A stretch of DNA of 64,000 nucleotides from Trichosphaerium sp. ATCC 40318. Lineage: Eukaryota > Protista > Tubulinea. The notes beneath the pieces were generated by a model. It was not told the DNA's origin, ran no database searches, and was given only the letters and a program-made list of their open reading frames with translations. Positions 13,657 to 28,124 of the stretch are shown one piece after another (within the stretch, counting starts at the first letter, position 1; each line of letters starts with the position of its first letter). Location of the stretch: the NCBI GenBank assembly GCA_038496445.1, contig JALMLS010000277.1:124001-188000 (forward strand), written 5' to 3'. The translations under genes and the position numbers were made by a program.

Positions 13657-15726
13657 TTATTTCGTAGCCATTGCTGTAATTTTTAAGCGTTTTACAAGCG
13701 CTTTTACAACTTTAAGGTGTGAGTTTGATCCAGGTATATTGTGCACATACTTGAAATGAAAACACATATCCTTAGCAATCATCACAAACCAATGAAAAAT
13801 ATCAACACCTAATGGTTTTAAGTAAAAGTAAAACACTCGTTTAGACATACCTTCATCTTCATAAACCAATGTGACGGCCTCATATCCGCTAACCTTTGTA
13901 AGGTTTTCCATAACAAGTAGAAGTCCATCATGTTCGTTTATTTTATTACGATAATACTGCAATAACTTCTTGCCATTACCACCATTCTTACAAAAGAATA
14001 GCATATACTCTGCATATTTAAACATAAGCAAGAAAAAAAGAAGAAGATGTAAAACCAAAAATAAAAATCACGTGATTTATCGTGCCTTCTACAGAATCAT
14101 CATCTTTGTGTAATGGAGAAGTGAGCTTATGTCTCTGATCTAGTGCATTGTGTTAGGCTAAAGGAAAAAGTCTAATTCGAACATACCACTCCATTGTAAG
14201 CCAGTTGGCTGCCATATCCACGACTGTGGTGTCTTTATTTTTATTTTATATGACCCAAACGTAATCTTCTTTGAAGCACTCCATGGCAGTTCCAACACAG
14301 GTGTAAGAGAAAGTGTATTCTTCACCCGCTCATAGATTTTGCGTGGGTTCTCTGTTACTCCTTTAGCACCTTCAGAGTATGAAATAATCAATTTCCGGCT
14401 ATTGCTCGAACGTCAACTTGACACCAATTTCAATGGATAAAATCTTACCTGCACTCAAATTCTACCACAAGTGCAATTTCAAGGATTGATACACTGACAA
14501 CAGGAGGAGGATTCGTCGCCGTTATGTCAACGTCTTTTTTTGCAGATACTTGATACAACAGCTGATGTTCGAGTTCAATTGCTTTGAAGTCTATCCAAGG
14601 AAGTGAGATTAGATCAAGGCGTGTCCCTGATGTAGATATACTTACCTCCTAACTCAATCTCTTTCAGGGATGATATTGCTTCATCTTGTGACAGCTCATC
14701 ATCAGAATCGATGGCATCAAGAACATCAACAGTAAATCCTTTGGCTTCAAGCAATGTTGTTTCATGACGCTTTCGTGTATGACGCAAGTCACGTATCATC
14801 ATTGCTAGCTCCATAGGCGTAGAATTATCCGTAACATACACCACAGCTAACCTGTCAGTACCCTCCAACAACCTAAAAACAACAAAGTTAACAACAAACA
14901 AAAAAAGAACAAAAAAATAAAATAAAAACTCACTTTCTTGGACTGTGAAGCTTGTTCTTCATTTTTGGACCCATAAATAATATCGCAGGATATCCAAGTT
15001 CTTCTCCTCTTACTACACTCCATGCTGCAGGATAACTACAGAAAATAAGCGAAAAATACAATAAAAACTCCTTCAATGGAGCGTACTTGAAAGCGTATCG
15101 CGAGTCAGGATCACGAAATTCCACATAAGCCTTATCTAATAATGTTATTAAAAAGGTTAAATGTTAAAAGAATCAATTGAGAGTCACCTAGAATGAAAGC
15201 TTGGAACTCAAGCAACGTTATGACACCATCTGAATCTCTATCCATATCTTTGTAGACGTCTTTGAACAGTTCTAACATATTCGTTTAGATTTTGTGTAAA
15301 ACGTCAAGTCAACACGATATGCATCTTTTACCATCTTTTGAATGTGTTTCTAGCGCTTTTTTGATGTTTAGCTTGTCTTCGTCTGAGAACTTCGCTATAG
15401 TGTCTAGAAAGTCGTGAAAAAGTAGTTTGGCTTCCTTTAAATCTAGCTGGCCATCCTGGAGTGTAACAGTTAGTCAATTACAAAATATCAAGTAAAAGCC
15501 ATCAAACTGTAACGTAAAATATCGCAACGCGTAGGGCATTACTGTATTGGCGTGTCACACAAATGTTGGCTTTTTATAGCTCAAATTCGTACATTATCGG
15601 CATCATAATGTCTAAACGTCTCATCCAGCACATACGAGTTTGTAGGCTTCATTACATTAGCTCACAACCAAACCTTAAACGTACATCTACGAAAACCTTC
15701 TTCAAACTAGCGTGCTTACCGCCCAT
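13657..15726 (-). CDS. EF-hand protein, possibly N-myristoylated, with two C-terminal PsbP/Mog1-like domains
   Basis: Start MGGKHAS; EF loops DADNDGQLDLKE and DRDSDGVITLLE; motifs YAFNYPAAW and KIKTPQSW. The last exon is joined through a probable GC-AG intron at 14010-14085. Confidence 0.6.
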
Positions 15727-15853
15727 GCTACCAAATAGCTACAGATGGCGCTTAAAACACTAAATGTCAAAACTGTTCCACAAGAGATTTTTTTTTTTTT
15801 GACTCCGACCAGTTATTCTCTGTACAATTCCTCTTTTATTACTTTACACACAT

Positions 15854-18756
15854 CTATAATAACATGTCATCATCATCTGACTCATATTTTCCTTCAATCT
15901 CCTCGAGTTCTGGAACATCAATGCCAGCAGGTTCAACCTAAAGAAAAAATGTTATTTCAACTTTTCAAAAAAGGCAGAACAAGAACTTACGAGAATCTCG
16001 CCTGCCCATCTATCTAAAAATTCAGATATGATAACTTCGAATTTAGGCCGCTTTTCTGGATTATCAGGAAAGCAACATAACTTCATGAGATACACATAGT
16101 CACGTATTCTCCGATAATCCTTAAAAAAGAAACATTAATAACAATAAAAACATGTGATCAAAAGTGAAAACGTACGCCACCATATTGCTTTATCAAGCGG
16201 TCATATTCAGCATCTGTCATCATGTCCCATGTAAATTTTTGTTTAGAGAGTAATTCATGCATAATAAGACCAAACATAAAGACATCTAAAACAACAAAAT
16301 TTGTAAGTAAAAAAAAAAAGGTGAGAAATCGATTTAACCAACCTGACTTTTTAGTGTATCCATGAGTCCTTCTAGCAACCTCTGGTGGTAACAAACGTGA
16401 AGACATACTACGATTTGCGCGATGGCCATGTTGAACTTGAGATATCCCAAAATCGGCTACTTTACATTCTCCAGTCTCACTAAGAGTTCTCAGCACAAGT
16501 ATACCTTTGCTTGTTTTTCGCACGTCACTAAAATATTCCCGCTATGCAAATCGCGATGTAGTATAATGGGTTTACGAGAATGAAGCCAAGCCATTCCTCT
16601 GGCAGTTGTTGTAAGGCATTTAAGTATAGATGGCCAAGGAAGAAGACCTTGCTTGCGAATAAATGCATCTAGACTACCTACACAAACCTTTTAATCTACT
16701 TCTGTAAAGCAAAAGACCAAAAAAAACACGCACCTCCTTCCTCATACTCTGTGACAATTAAATGCTTTCCTTCCGCTGTCTTACAGGCGCCCAAAAAACA
16801 CAAGATATTGGGGTGTCGGATATCGCTAGGCCAAGCATTAGAAGCAAGACAAGAAACAAAAAAGTTACGTACCTCATCAATCCAACTTCGTAGTTAAACA
16901 TCTCAAGCTGCTCTTCGCTATCGCCAAGATCCTTGATAGCTACTGGAGTTCCGTGCAAATATCCCTTTATAATACATAAGGAAAAGAGCAAGAGATAACT
17001 CATACATACCTTATAAACCTTTGCTTTCGCTGTACGTGGCTCTACTGAGCCTAAAATTTCTGTTTTGAACTCTACAAGGTCTGTAGGATCTATTATCCAT
17101 TTCCAAGACTTTGAACAAGGATCATAGTCTTCTAAGAGCTTACAAAGACGTGGCGAGGAACAAATGTCTAAGGCTATTTCACCATTATCATTCTTTAGAT
17201 GCAAGTCAGCTGATTTTTGAACAAGAATATCAGCAACTTTCTCACGATCTTTTCTTACAGCCTAACCGCAAATGTTAATCACCTCAAGGTCTGAATATAC
17301 TGCGAATAGTACCTTATGAAGAGCGCTTTCTCCATGTTTACAACGGCTATTAATACGAGCACCATAGTCCAGGAGAAGCTCTACAATAGTGACATGTCTA
17401 AACGCAATTTTAGCTAAAAGAAACAAAGATATTTCTGATTAACATACCCTTGTTCAGCTGCCAGCATCAAAGGTGTGAGTCCTTCCTCATTACTCAAGTT
17501 CACTTGAGCGCCACGCATTAACAACAGACGCACAGATTCCACGTCTTCATTCCATACAGCTACAAACTATAAGCTTTAAAAAAATTATTCTAGTTTTGTG
17601 TTGAACCTAAATATAATGCAGTGTTTCCATGCTTGTGAGTTTGTAAATCAATTTCACAATCTCCACTATCCAAGATTGAACTTAATAGCACACCAAATAC
17701 GGTAGGATTCAAAAAACACATGTGAATAGGAGCATTACCATCCCTACCTACAAAATGAATTAGAGCTTGTTTCGTTTTAGTAAAATGAATCATACCATAA
17801 GCGTTTATGTCAGCACCATACTTGATTAATAGCTCTGCTATCTCTGTGTGGTTTCCGCGAAAAGCCCATTGAAGTGCAGTCATGCTATCAGAGTCTATAG
17901 CTTCTAGAGATAAATCATGGTTCATATCCCTTAAAAAGCACCGCATGCTCTTATGATAAATTTAGTAAAACAACTTGAAAGTTCAGTGGCGCACCTCCAC
18001 ATCGCCGTGTTGTGCGGCTAGTATCATGGGTGTTTTTCCATTAACATCTGATTTTGATAAAGCCCAGCCTAGGTTATTACGCGTTACTTTGTTGGCGTTA
18101 AAGTGCGTAAAGTACTTCGTAAATATTTTTGCTCACTCTGCAAATCAGGCCACCTTGTTTTGCATTATTAGCCAACACGCATATTTATGAAGCACACGTG
18201 CTTGATGAACATCTCCTCATAAGAAACAGGAGATAAACTTAAATCCCAAGCAGGATCATCCAAAGGAGAATTGGGATAGATAGGACTAGAAGAGGAGTAA
18301 AAATGTAACTAAACTTTTTTTCATTTTTTTACGCTAAATTGTAAATTTTTACCTGAAATTTTCAATTGAGATGTCAAACTTTGACACCTTTCTTGACATT
18401 TTTATACCCTTTGGCGCTGAGTGACTTCTTTTTGAATTCTTTTCTAGAGGTTGAGGCGATTTCTTTCCTTTACGTAATTTTACATACTCTGTTTTAAGAG
18501 CATCTATCTCCTCCTTTGCGCTGTTCAAGTTCTCTTGTATTTTCCTTCTGAAAAACCGTTAGTTGTGCAATTTCGAATTTATTTCTTACGTATTTGACGC
18601 GTATATTTCATCATCAGACTCTCCTGAATGCGAGGAGTGATTATAAGAATAGCTTTCATAATTGCCTTTATTTTTCGGTTTGCGATCCTTTGCAGAGTAT
18701 TTTTGCTTCTTAGCTAGCTTATACTTTCCTCTGCCCTTTGAGTTTGGAATATCCAT
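15854..18756 (-). CDS. Ankyrin-repeat tyrosine-kinase-like (TKL) protein kinase
   Basis: Ankyrin repeats (GKTPMILAA, MTALQWA, GNTALY, GLTPLMLAA), then VAIK, HRDLHSGN, KVADFG, DVFMFG and RPKF. Confidence 0.9.
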
Positions 18757-18913
18757 TAGCAGCCATGCACACTTTTTTTTCTTTCCCAGTGACGCCTTAT
18801 TGATGTGGGTTTGTGTCAAAGGAACTGAATATTTGATCAAAAGAGCGTGGTTTGTACAAAAAAAGTCAACGCAAGCTTTATTCTATTTGATTCTTTTGCA
18901 AAGCGACGGCAAA

Positions 18914-21900
18914 ATGAGTGACAAAGGTGAATATACTTCTATAGTAATTATTGTTGATTTATACACGCAATTTGGTATTAATCTTTTAAACAGGCCGACG
19001 AAGCGATAGGTCTCGCTCAAGAGACCGTGATAAAGGTCGAGATAGAAGAAGTGGACGTTCAGACCGCGGAAGAGACAGAGACAGTAGAGACAAGAGGAGT
19101 CGCGACGTAGATAAGGGTAGAAGGGATAGAAGTAGAGATAGACGCGATAGGTGAACCAACATTGCGAATTAATTAAGTTGACATCCTGTAGGAAAGACAG
19201 GCGCGATGACAGAGATAGATCACGCGATAGACGCGACAGGGACAGAAGGGACAGAGATAGAGATCGTCGTGGCAGAGACAGACCAAGAGACAGAGACAGA
19301 AAGGAAAGAGACAGAGGTAGAGACAAGGATGATGGAAAAAAAAGAGAGCGCAGTTGTACGTGCTTTAACAAGTATTCCCTGTACTCACAAAGCTGTAGCA
19401 CACGATTATAATGATGAACCACCTTCAAAGAGATACAGAAAAGAGTCTATGGCTGTAAGCGCTATGCCAGAAGAGGAGCAAGAGCCAGAAATTAAAAAAG
19501 AAAAAAAAGCAGTTAAGCACCAACAATACTTTTTTTTTAATTCATTTACAGCCTTGCTCACCGTTTTTATTTTAGCCAATTGATTTACATCAATTACTCA
19601 ACTCCAGACAACATGAGGAACAAAATAATGCGAAACCAGTGTTCTTAACGAAGAAACAGAGAAGAGAAATAGCGTTAAAAAAGAGGCAAAAAGAGGTAGT
19701 TAACTTGACATTTAAACTGTTTTTTTTTGTTATGTAGGACCAGGACTAATCGATGCTTCTCCAGGTAGCTGAAATGAGAGCACTTCAAGCAAGACAAGAT
19801 GCTATTGTTCAACAAGCAAACAAGAGGTCGCGGAGTTGGTCATTCTCATATCAATTACATGCTAAATCCTTTTTTAGACAACCTGAAACTAGGACTCGTC
19901 GTTATCAACGTGATGAAAAAGCAAAAGAGCAGCGTGAGTATGAAAAAGAGCTTGAGATCATTAAAGTAAGCATATTAAGGAAAAGAAATTGAATCTAACC
20001 ATTGGTTTATAGAATCAATATCTCGGGTTGAAAAAACGTAAAAAGAAAGTTTTGCGTCCTTCAGAGAAATTCAGGTTCTTGTTTGAATGGGACTTGACAG
20101 AAGATACATCAAGGGACACCAACCCTTTGTACAATAACAAGTTTGTGGTACGTGGAAATACGAACAATTTAAAGGGAATTACAATCAAAAAAGAAAAATT
20201 AACTGTTCTGTGAACCACAAATTTTGACATGTTGACAGGCAAGACCACAATTTGGACGTGGTTTCATTGCAGGAATTGATAAAAGAGAACAAATCAAAAA
20301 GTATAAAGAAGTACTACAACAGCAAGAACGTAAAGCATCACGATTACATGACTCGAAGAGATCGTACGTGGCAACAAATAAGATGTCTTTAAGTTTTGAG
20401 ACTAATCCCCAACTTAGTGATGAAATTGAAAAACAACAAAAATCCTATGCTAAAGCACTTGCTAAGCTCGAAAAAGAGAATAAAATCGATACTCACTGGT
20501 CTACTAAACCACTGGATAAGATGACATCAAGAGATTGGCGTATTTTCAAAGAAGATTTCAATATCTCATCAAAAGGTGGAAGTATTCCAAAACCAATCAG
20601 ATTCTGGAAAGAAGGTAGTCTTCCAGATTATATCCTTGCAGGTGACGCTCCCACAAAAAGTTGGGCTTTTTTTTTTCTCAATCTAAGTATCTCTATTAGC
20701 TGTTGACGCTGCTGGTTATAAGAATCCTACACCTATTCAAAGACAAGCAATACCAATTGCTTTACAAGGTAGAGATATTATTGGTGTTGCAGAAACTGGT
20801 TCTGGTAAAACAGCTGCTTTTGTTATTCCTATGATTATGTACATCAAAGAAAAATGTCCAAAGATGACTACAGAAAATATGGGTGATGGACCTTTCGCGC
20901 TTATCCTAGCGCCTACAAGAGGTACAAAACGAAAGACATTTTCGACTTTTTTTACTTACAACTTGTGTTCTAGAACTCGCCCTACAGATCGAGGTTGAGG
21001 CTCAAAAATTTGCAACACACTCCGGTTTGAGATGTGTTTCTGTTGTAGGAGGTGTACCTATTGAACAGCAAGCTATGGCTCTTCGTGGTGGTGCTGAGGT
21101 TGTTGTTGCTACACCTGGTAGGCTAAACGATTGTATTGAAAGCCGTTATCTTGTTTTGAATCAGTGCAACTACGTAGTACTTGATGAGGTATGTTTAAAT
21201 TCGTATCTTGCATACAAACTAACTTGTACAGGCGGATAGAATGATAGATATGGGTTTTGAACCTCAAGTATTGGCTATTCTTGACTCTATGCCAAAGGAC
21301 GCATTAAAGAGTGAAGTCGAAGAACTAGCCGCTAAGCAAGAAGCAGATCATCGTAACATGTACAGGTAAGAATCCTTAAAATATCAACATGCTTCTGAAT
21401 TAATTGATTACAATAGAACAACGATTATGTACTCCGCTACTATGCCACCTGTTGTGGAACGCTTGGCTATTACTTTCCTACGTAGACCAGCTACTGTGTA
21501 CATTGGTGAAGTAGGTAAAGCTGTGGACAGGATTAGACAAGTTGTCGTACTTTGCAAGAGTGACCACGAGAAGAAGTACGTGCTTGATAAATACAAACAA
21601 AAAATCATTTATTATACTCATAGGACCAAACTACAAAACCTTGTTACACATGGTCCTCCACCACCTATTATCGTTTTCGTCAACCAAAAGAAGGGTTGTG
21701 ATCATGTATCTAAGTACTTGAACACCCTAGGAGTAAGTTTATACACATTTTTGTTTGACTTGTTTCGAGGAGTGTCGAGATTTAAAACCGTTTAATTGTG
21801 CTTTTTTGTTAACGGTTTTTTTTTTTAATTAGTTTCGCTCAACCGTATTGCATGGAGGACGTTCTCAAGACCAACGTGAATACTCATTGGATGAATTCCG

Positions 21901-22305
21901 TTCTGGCAATGTTGATGTATTAGTTGCTACAGATGTAGCTGCACGTGGTTTAGATGTAAAGGGTGTAACGCATGTTATTAATTACGATATGCCTAAGAAT
22001 ATCCAGGTACAAAAAAAAATGGCATTTGTTGTTTTACCAAATGTGCTTTATTGTAAAATTGGCGCTAACTGTTTTTGCTTCAGGAATACACTCACAGAAT
22101 TGGACGTACTGGCCGTGCAGGGCTTGAAGGATTGGCAACAAGTTTCCTCACAAATGACGATAGTGAGCTGTTCTACGAAATCAAAGAGATGCTCCAGAAG
22201 ACTGGTAACCAAGTTCCGTATGATTTACGTTCTCATCCAGCTGCAAATGTAAAACCAGGGCAACCGCTGCCTAGAAAGCGCGATACTGTAATTTATACGC
22301 ACTGA
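18914..22305 (+). CDS. DDX23: Pre-mRNA splicing DEAD-box helicase PRP28/DDX23
   Basis: RD/RS-rich N-terminus, [53 protein letters not shown] and [10 protein letters not shown]. Confidence 0.96.
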
Positions 22306-22506
22306 GTAAACAATGTAGCAAGCGGTTGCAGCACTCCGCTAGTTATACCCTTGTTTTTTACCCGCAAACCTCGTGAAATGGTCGGAATGTCACCAATAAA
22401 ATTATTGTGCGGTTTTTTTACAAAAGAAGAATTGTTGACTGGCAATCAATGGCGACGAGTTGAGATCCACAAGGTCTCTCGTTCTGTAATTCGCAATTTG
22501 CGCATC

Positions 22507-23704
22507 ATGCTTTCAACACAGCATTCTGTAGACGTGCCAATGGAGGAAAATAGCACAGCACAATTGTTTAACTCTGATTCGTATTGGAACCTCAGTAAAG
22601 ATACATCTTTCTTTAATTTATGCATTGCTTCTCGCAACGGAAGCGAAGAAGAGGAATTTCAAGAGGAGCCTTTTCAAACCGCCCGCAGTAAAACTGAGGA
22701 TAGTTTGCTCAACGAATTAGAGCAAAACATTTATGCTCTACAAGATGCTGATGTAAAAACCGCCGCGACAATCCTGCAAACCCTACAACAAAATGTCGGA
22801 GCTTTAAAACGTCTTAGAAACAAGAATTCGTCATTAACTTCAGGTGCGTAACAGAAACTTACAAGTAAAAACTAATAACTACAAGGGCCTGTAGCAGTTG
22901 ACTCAAAGTCAGGTGCTTCACGTAGAGAGTTCAGGGAGAAAGTCGGTAGAGAGGTACTCAAAATACAATTTTTTTATTTTTTCGAAACTTTTTCAGAAAA
23001 ATCTCGTTTGTACACTCCCAACCCAAAATTAACGTTTGATACTTCTCTAATCTTGTTTCCATAGGTTTATAAGGACATTCTAGCGGGGTCAATGTGCTAT
23101 CAGGAGATTATACAAAAATACAAAGCCCTCTACCCTGAACACAGTCACCGCTTCACAGAAAACTTCTGTTCCAAGCTTCGTTGTGGTCGCATCATGAACC
23201 GTATAACTGGTGTAACGAAGCGTACCGATAAATCCCACAGCGGCGTGGCTGGAGGCCAACCGGTACGCTAATATCTCCGTCGTGTATTACTAAAGCTGTT
23301 TTTCTGCAACAGGGCACAACCTTACAAGTCCCAAAAATGAGACGCGTGACTAAGAAGTCACCACTCAAGGCCTGGTCGAAGATGACTCCAGAGCTATTTG
23401 GTCGCATAATAGATTACGAACAAGTACACGGCCAAAGCGATAAAGGCGATTCCAAGCGCCTCCAGCCTTTTTCAAAACAAATTTCTCTTCAAGAAACCGA
23501 AACTCCATTTTTTTTTTTTGAGAATCGTTTTCGTTTTTTAACGCCAAAGTCTTATCGTTTTATACAATCCATAACGCTCTGTTACTCATCCTATCCTTCT
23601 AGACTCACCCAAATGTAAAACAAACAGATATAGAACGAGTGTTCAATGTAAATAGGACAACTTATTACCGCTGGAAGAGGCGCAGCTCTGGCAAGGCGAC
23701 CTGA
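22507..23704 (+). CDS. Putative helix-turn-helix DNA-binding protein
   Basis: Spliced C-terminus THPNVKQTDIERVFNVNRTTYYRWKRR resembles a psq/CENP-B-type HTH. A second HTH-like segment (YQEIIQKY..FTENFCSKLRCG) lies upstream. Confidence 0.6.
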
Positions 23705-24656
23705 CAGATAAAGTGTATGGGATAACTCAACCCTAAATCTCACCCCATCACTCCAACACTCTTGTGGCACTAGTAATGCCGAGTTGTTGACAGAACTTGT
23801 AAACACCGTTAGCACTTGATATGCGGTTTCGTTTTACATCCTTCTGAAAACTCCTCTCTTAGCGGATACTCCGGACACAAAACCCTCTTTCCTTTCCTCT
23901 TATGAGGAAGATATAGGATAGGATGGGTTGTTTGGTATTTGTATTGTTGCTGGAGCAAACTATTTGTGTCCTCCCAACCACCTAAATGGTAAGGTAGTAC
24001 CTTGGTTCAAAAAAGGCAGTTAGTAAGTGCAGCCTGAAAATGCCAACAGCGTCTGTTGCTCGCGAGCTTGTCCCGGATTGACATCTTATTATTATTATTT
24101 GTGTTGTCCTTCAATTTGGAAGCGTTTTGACAACTTTGTTTTTAGGCAAGCCTAAATCCAAAAAAAAAAAAAAATCGTGACACGTAGACGTTGTGTGCTG
24201 GATTACTCAAAGTAAGCTGACAGCTTAGTCAGAGAGGCATATTAGAGGCCATCACTGTGTGCTATGGCTTGGTGTCATTGCACATTCTCGCCGTTTTGTT
24301 TTTTTGCAAGCGAGCAGTTTGGATTTTATTGGCACACAGTGCCTTTTTATTTTGTTTCAGGGACAAGGGTCAAAAGCCCTAGCACATGCACAGCATGCGA
24401 AGCGTTAAGGATACCAACAATTATTTATTGCACGTTAGTAAAGAGTACCCCTAGACGCAAAATAAATTTTACTTATTGCAGCTCTGCGTGTTCTTTTGAG
24501 GGGTTCTGGTGAGGGCAACTGTTTTTTTTTGTAACGCTGGTACTTTACAAATGCACGTAGTGATTGCGATTTGGTCACATTGCAACGGTAGAAGCTACAG
24601 TTGGAGCTGCAAATTCAAAAAAAGTCTCAAACTGTTTTTATTTTCCTGACAACATC

Positions 24657-25961
24657 ATGCGTTTGATCATACGCGATGATTCTGTACTTGTAGGTAGTTT
24701 TGTGGCTTCTTACATAAAAAAAAGAATAAATGAATTCAAACCAACTAAAGGTACCATATCAGCGTTTTTTAACGCCTAAAACTACAATTAGAAGCATTTC
24801 CAAATAAAAACATGGTCAGCTTACTTTATACAAGAGAAACCTTTCGTTATTGGCTTACCAACTGGATCAACGCCTATTCCAACGTATAAAAAGTTGATAG
24901 AGTTTTATAAAAATGGAGAACTGTCATTTGAGCATGTAATTTCGTTTAATATGGACGAATACGTTGGTCTACCTACTGATCACCCAGAGTCGTACCACTC
25001 CTTCATGTGGAAACACTTGTTCGATCACGTTAACATCAAGAAAGAAAACGTGCGCAAAAACTTTACCAAAATCCGCAATGATTTGACACTTTTTTTTTGG
25101 CTATTCTTGGCGTGTTTGGTTAGTTGTGACAAGTTTTTGTAGGTACATATCTTGGATGGTAACGCTCCAGATTTACTAGTAGAGTGTCAAAAATTTGAAG
25201 ACGAAATTACAAAGTGTGGTGGCGTTGAGTTGTTTCTTGGTGGTACGACGACATTGTACTTTTTTTTTTTTTTCGACTTGCATTTTTCCTGCGTCTCAGA
25301 ATGTTTGTATTTATCTCTGTGTTTATCATCTAGCCTGTTATTGATTTAATGTTATATTTTAAAAATACTTTCATCCTCTAAATATTTCTTAGGGATTGGT
25401 CCTGATGGTCATATTGCATTCAATGAACCAGGCTCATCGTTGGCTTCTCGCACGCGTGTCAAGACTCTTGCCTATGATACTATACTCGCTAATGCTAGAT
25501 TTTTTGGCGGAGATATCACTAAGGTTCCTACTATGGCTTTAACCGTAGGTGTAGGAACAGTAATGGTATGTCAACAAATCAACAATGAAATCAACCTTTT
25601 TTATCTTTTGAGTTTTCTCTTGAACAAACACTGAATCTTTACAGGACTCCAGAGAAGTTCTGATTATTATCACTGGTGCGCATAAAGCCCTTGCGTTGTC
25701 TAAATGTATTGAAGAAGGCATTAACCATATGTGGACAGGTACGGGCGTTTAATCTTAACGGTAGTCTTATACTATTCTTTTCTAACATGTTGATTATTAG
25801 TTTCCGCAATTCAAACTCATCCAAGGGCTATGGTTGTTTGTGATGAAGATGCTACTCTAGAACTACGTGTCAAGACTGTAAAGTACTTTAAAAGTCTTGA
25901 GAAAGTCCATCACGAATTGATAGAACCCAACAAAACATACGATGGTGTTGACCTTGTTTAG
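24657..25961 (+). CDS. GNPDA: Glucosamine-6-phosphate deaminase
   Basis: [51 protein letters not shown] and VNHMWT-like motifs. Confidence 0.97.
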
Positions 25962-26562
25962 TTTTAGAGCTAAAACGAAACTTATCTTTTTGTTCTTTTC
26001 AACAAATAAACTGTTATTACCAAACGCTGCTCCATTTTATTATTTTATACGTGTTTTTTCGTTAATGTTTTGCACAAGGCACGTACTTATTTAGGAAGAA
26101 GCACCAAGCATTTTAAAGGATGAAATCTTAGTAGTTATTGATGCATTCCATTGTTAGTACAACTCATTGTTGATTGTTGTAAGTCTGTACCCATCGAATA
26201 GCTTTAGCTCAATGTCTTGTACAGCTCTCATGCTTAGATGAGATTGACAAGTACTACTAGTAAATAAAATGAAGGCATCTAGTTAAATTAGAACGTAGTC
26301 AGGTAACTCCCAAATTTTCACCGATTCAAATAACGAATTTTAACAGTCATTGCCACGTGATGGTGACGTGTTGGTGAAAGGCTACTTGTTGCTAGAGCGA
26401 GAAAATATATGGTCTGTATTGCGTATACGTGCAGCTTTGCTTTAATTAGGCAGTTAAGTTGATCATTAATGTAAATATTTTAACGGAAGTGCCTAGAAAC
26501 GCTTGTGTTGCACAGCATATTGTATCAAATCGTCATTGCCTCCTCGAAGGACGCCAACAAAG

Positions 26563-27365
26563 ATGAAAGTGCTGCAGGCGAAGCTCAGTGATGATATTGA
26601 GTATTGTCAGTCGTTGTTTATCATAAGAGATTGGAGCGCAATGTTTAAGTATTCTAACCTAAAAGTAAGCGTATAGAATGAATACGCAACCTTACCAGAT
26701 TAGTTTTAACGCAAATTAGCTTCCTTCTGACATTAAAAACTGGAACCAACGCCTAGGGTATAATTTATTGTATTTCTTTGCAAATTACACTCTAATGGCT
26801 TGTTTAAGTTGCATCTTTGTCGCAGCTGCGTATGTTTTTTTTAGTCGAAAATCAACAATTTGACATTTTGATTGTTTTGCTGACCTGTCTGTATTTAGGA
26901 CAGGGTTAACTTGTTTACTGGCTTTATCCACGTGGCTTTTTGCAATAGCAGGTACTACAAGAAGCGATAGGGCGCAATGGTGTTTTTTGTGAGTGTAATG
27001 AGTTACTAGTGCTTAATGATCCACGGTTTAACCAAGTTTCTATTGCAAGCAAGACTTACCATGTTATTTCACGTGCGTATTGTTTACTTATTTTATATAC
27101 ACTCGTTAGTATTTCTTAACACCATAAGTTGGTATGCTGGTACACGTGATCACAGGCACTGTAAAAACCCTTTTTTCTGCAGGAGGTGGAAGTTTGATAG
27201 GTATGGTAGAAGTTGTTTAAGTGGATGTATCACTCGTTAACTCCGGAATTATTAGTTATTTTGTTTCATGCTTCTATGACGAAAAGGTCATGGATTAACA
27301 AAGTCAAGTTTGGGAAAGAAAGACATGAGTTTAACGTAAAAAGAAAAGACAGGAAAAATAAATAA
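26563..27365 (+). CDS. PRA1-family (prenylated Rab acceptor, ARL6IP5-like) membrane protein
   Basis: IRDWSAMF..LPSDIKNWNQRLGYNLLYFFANY, hydrophobic helices, then LFHASM and a basic tail. Confidence 0.75.
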
Positions 27366-28124
27366 AAATTATGAAACGAGCTCATTTCAAAGTGTCATTG
27401 ACTCGGTGGATCAGGCTACAAAGCATTCGTAAGTATAGTGTACCTAGTGTTTGGGCCTAAACACTGGTCTCGTTGAAAAGATGTCGTCCACGTGAGCGCA
27501 TCAAATATTGTATCTTTGCTAATCACGAATGTATTTAAATCACTTGTGCCTCTTCGCTTACCTTGTAGGTTAGCGATTCTTGGACCGAACGTCGAATATT
27601 ATTCGCTGTATTTAAGCGGTAGAACTCGTTTTATATTAGCAACTTGTAAACAAGGCTAATTTGGTCACGTGACGCTATTGTGGATGTCATATAGGACAAA
27701 ATGACATCTTCAAGTGTTTCATACAGCGTTTAGCTAAACGAACGTGATAGACAGGAACGTACATTATATTAGCTAATTGAGGCCGGAGTAAGGTGCTGTT
27801 ACGTTCATTTAATTTTATTATTACCAAACTTTCGAACAGTGAGGCACAGACATTGTTTTCATTCGGGATTATTGGGAGGATTATTGGTAGAATTTGTTGC
27901 TGTGTTGACGCTACTTGGGACAAACTTTAGTGGAGTTGACATAGTTTGTGTAAAACAACAATTATGTAAGGCGCTCCGTAATGTTTGATGTGTTTAATAC
28001 GCGTGGCGTTCTGCAGTATTATTATAAAGTCAAGAATCACCCGTTTTAATTTCTGTGAAGGTAATTTAATTTATGATGCCAACGTGAATGTTGGGACTTT
28101 ATTACCCGATCAGACATATCTTCA

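Noticed and set aside
18883-19428. 181-aa Ser/Leu-rich minus-strand ORF and (GA)-rich repeats
   Set aside because: Antisense of the RD/RS low-complexity N-terminus of DDX23.
23728-23737. AACCCTAAA telomere-like motif
   Set aside because: Single copy, expected by chance.
24225-24295. ATCAC and CATTGCAC motifs reminiscent of U1 snRNA loops
   Set aside because: No ACTTAC 5' end, no proper 10-nt loop II stem and no clear Sm site in register.
27687-27923. 78-aa minus-strand ORF; similar short ORFs at 54015, 55774, 56096 and 57714
   Set aside because: Mostly non-ATG starts, no motifs and no splice-supported continuation.
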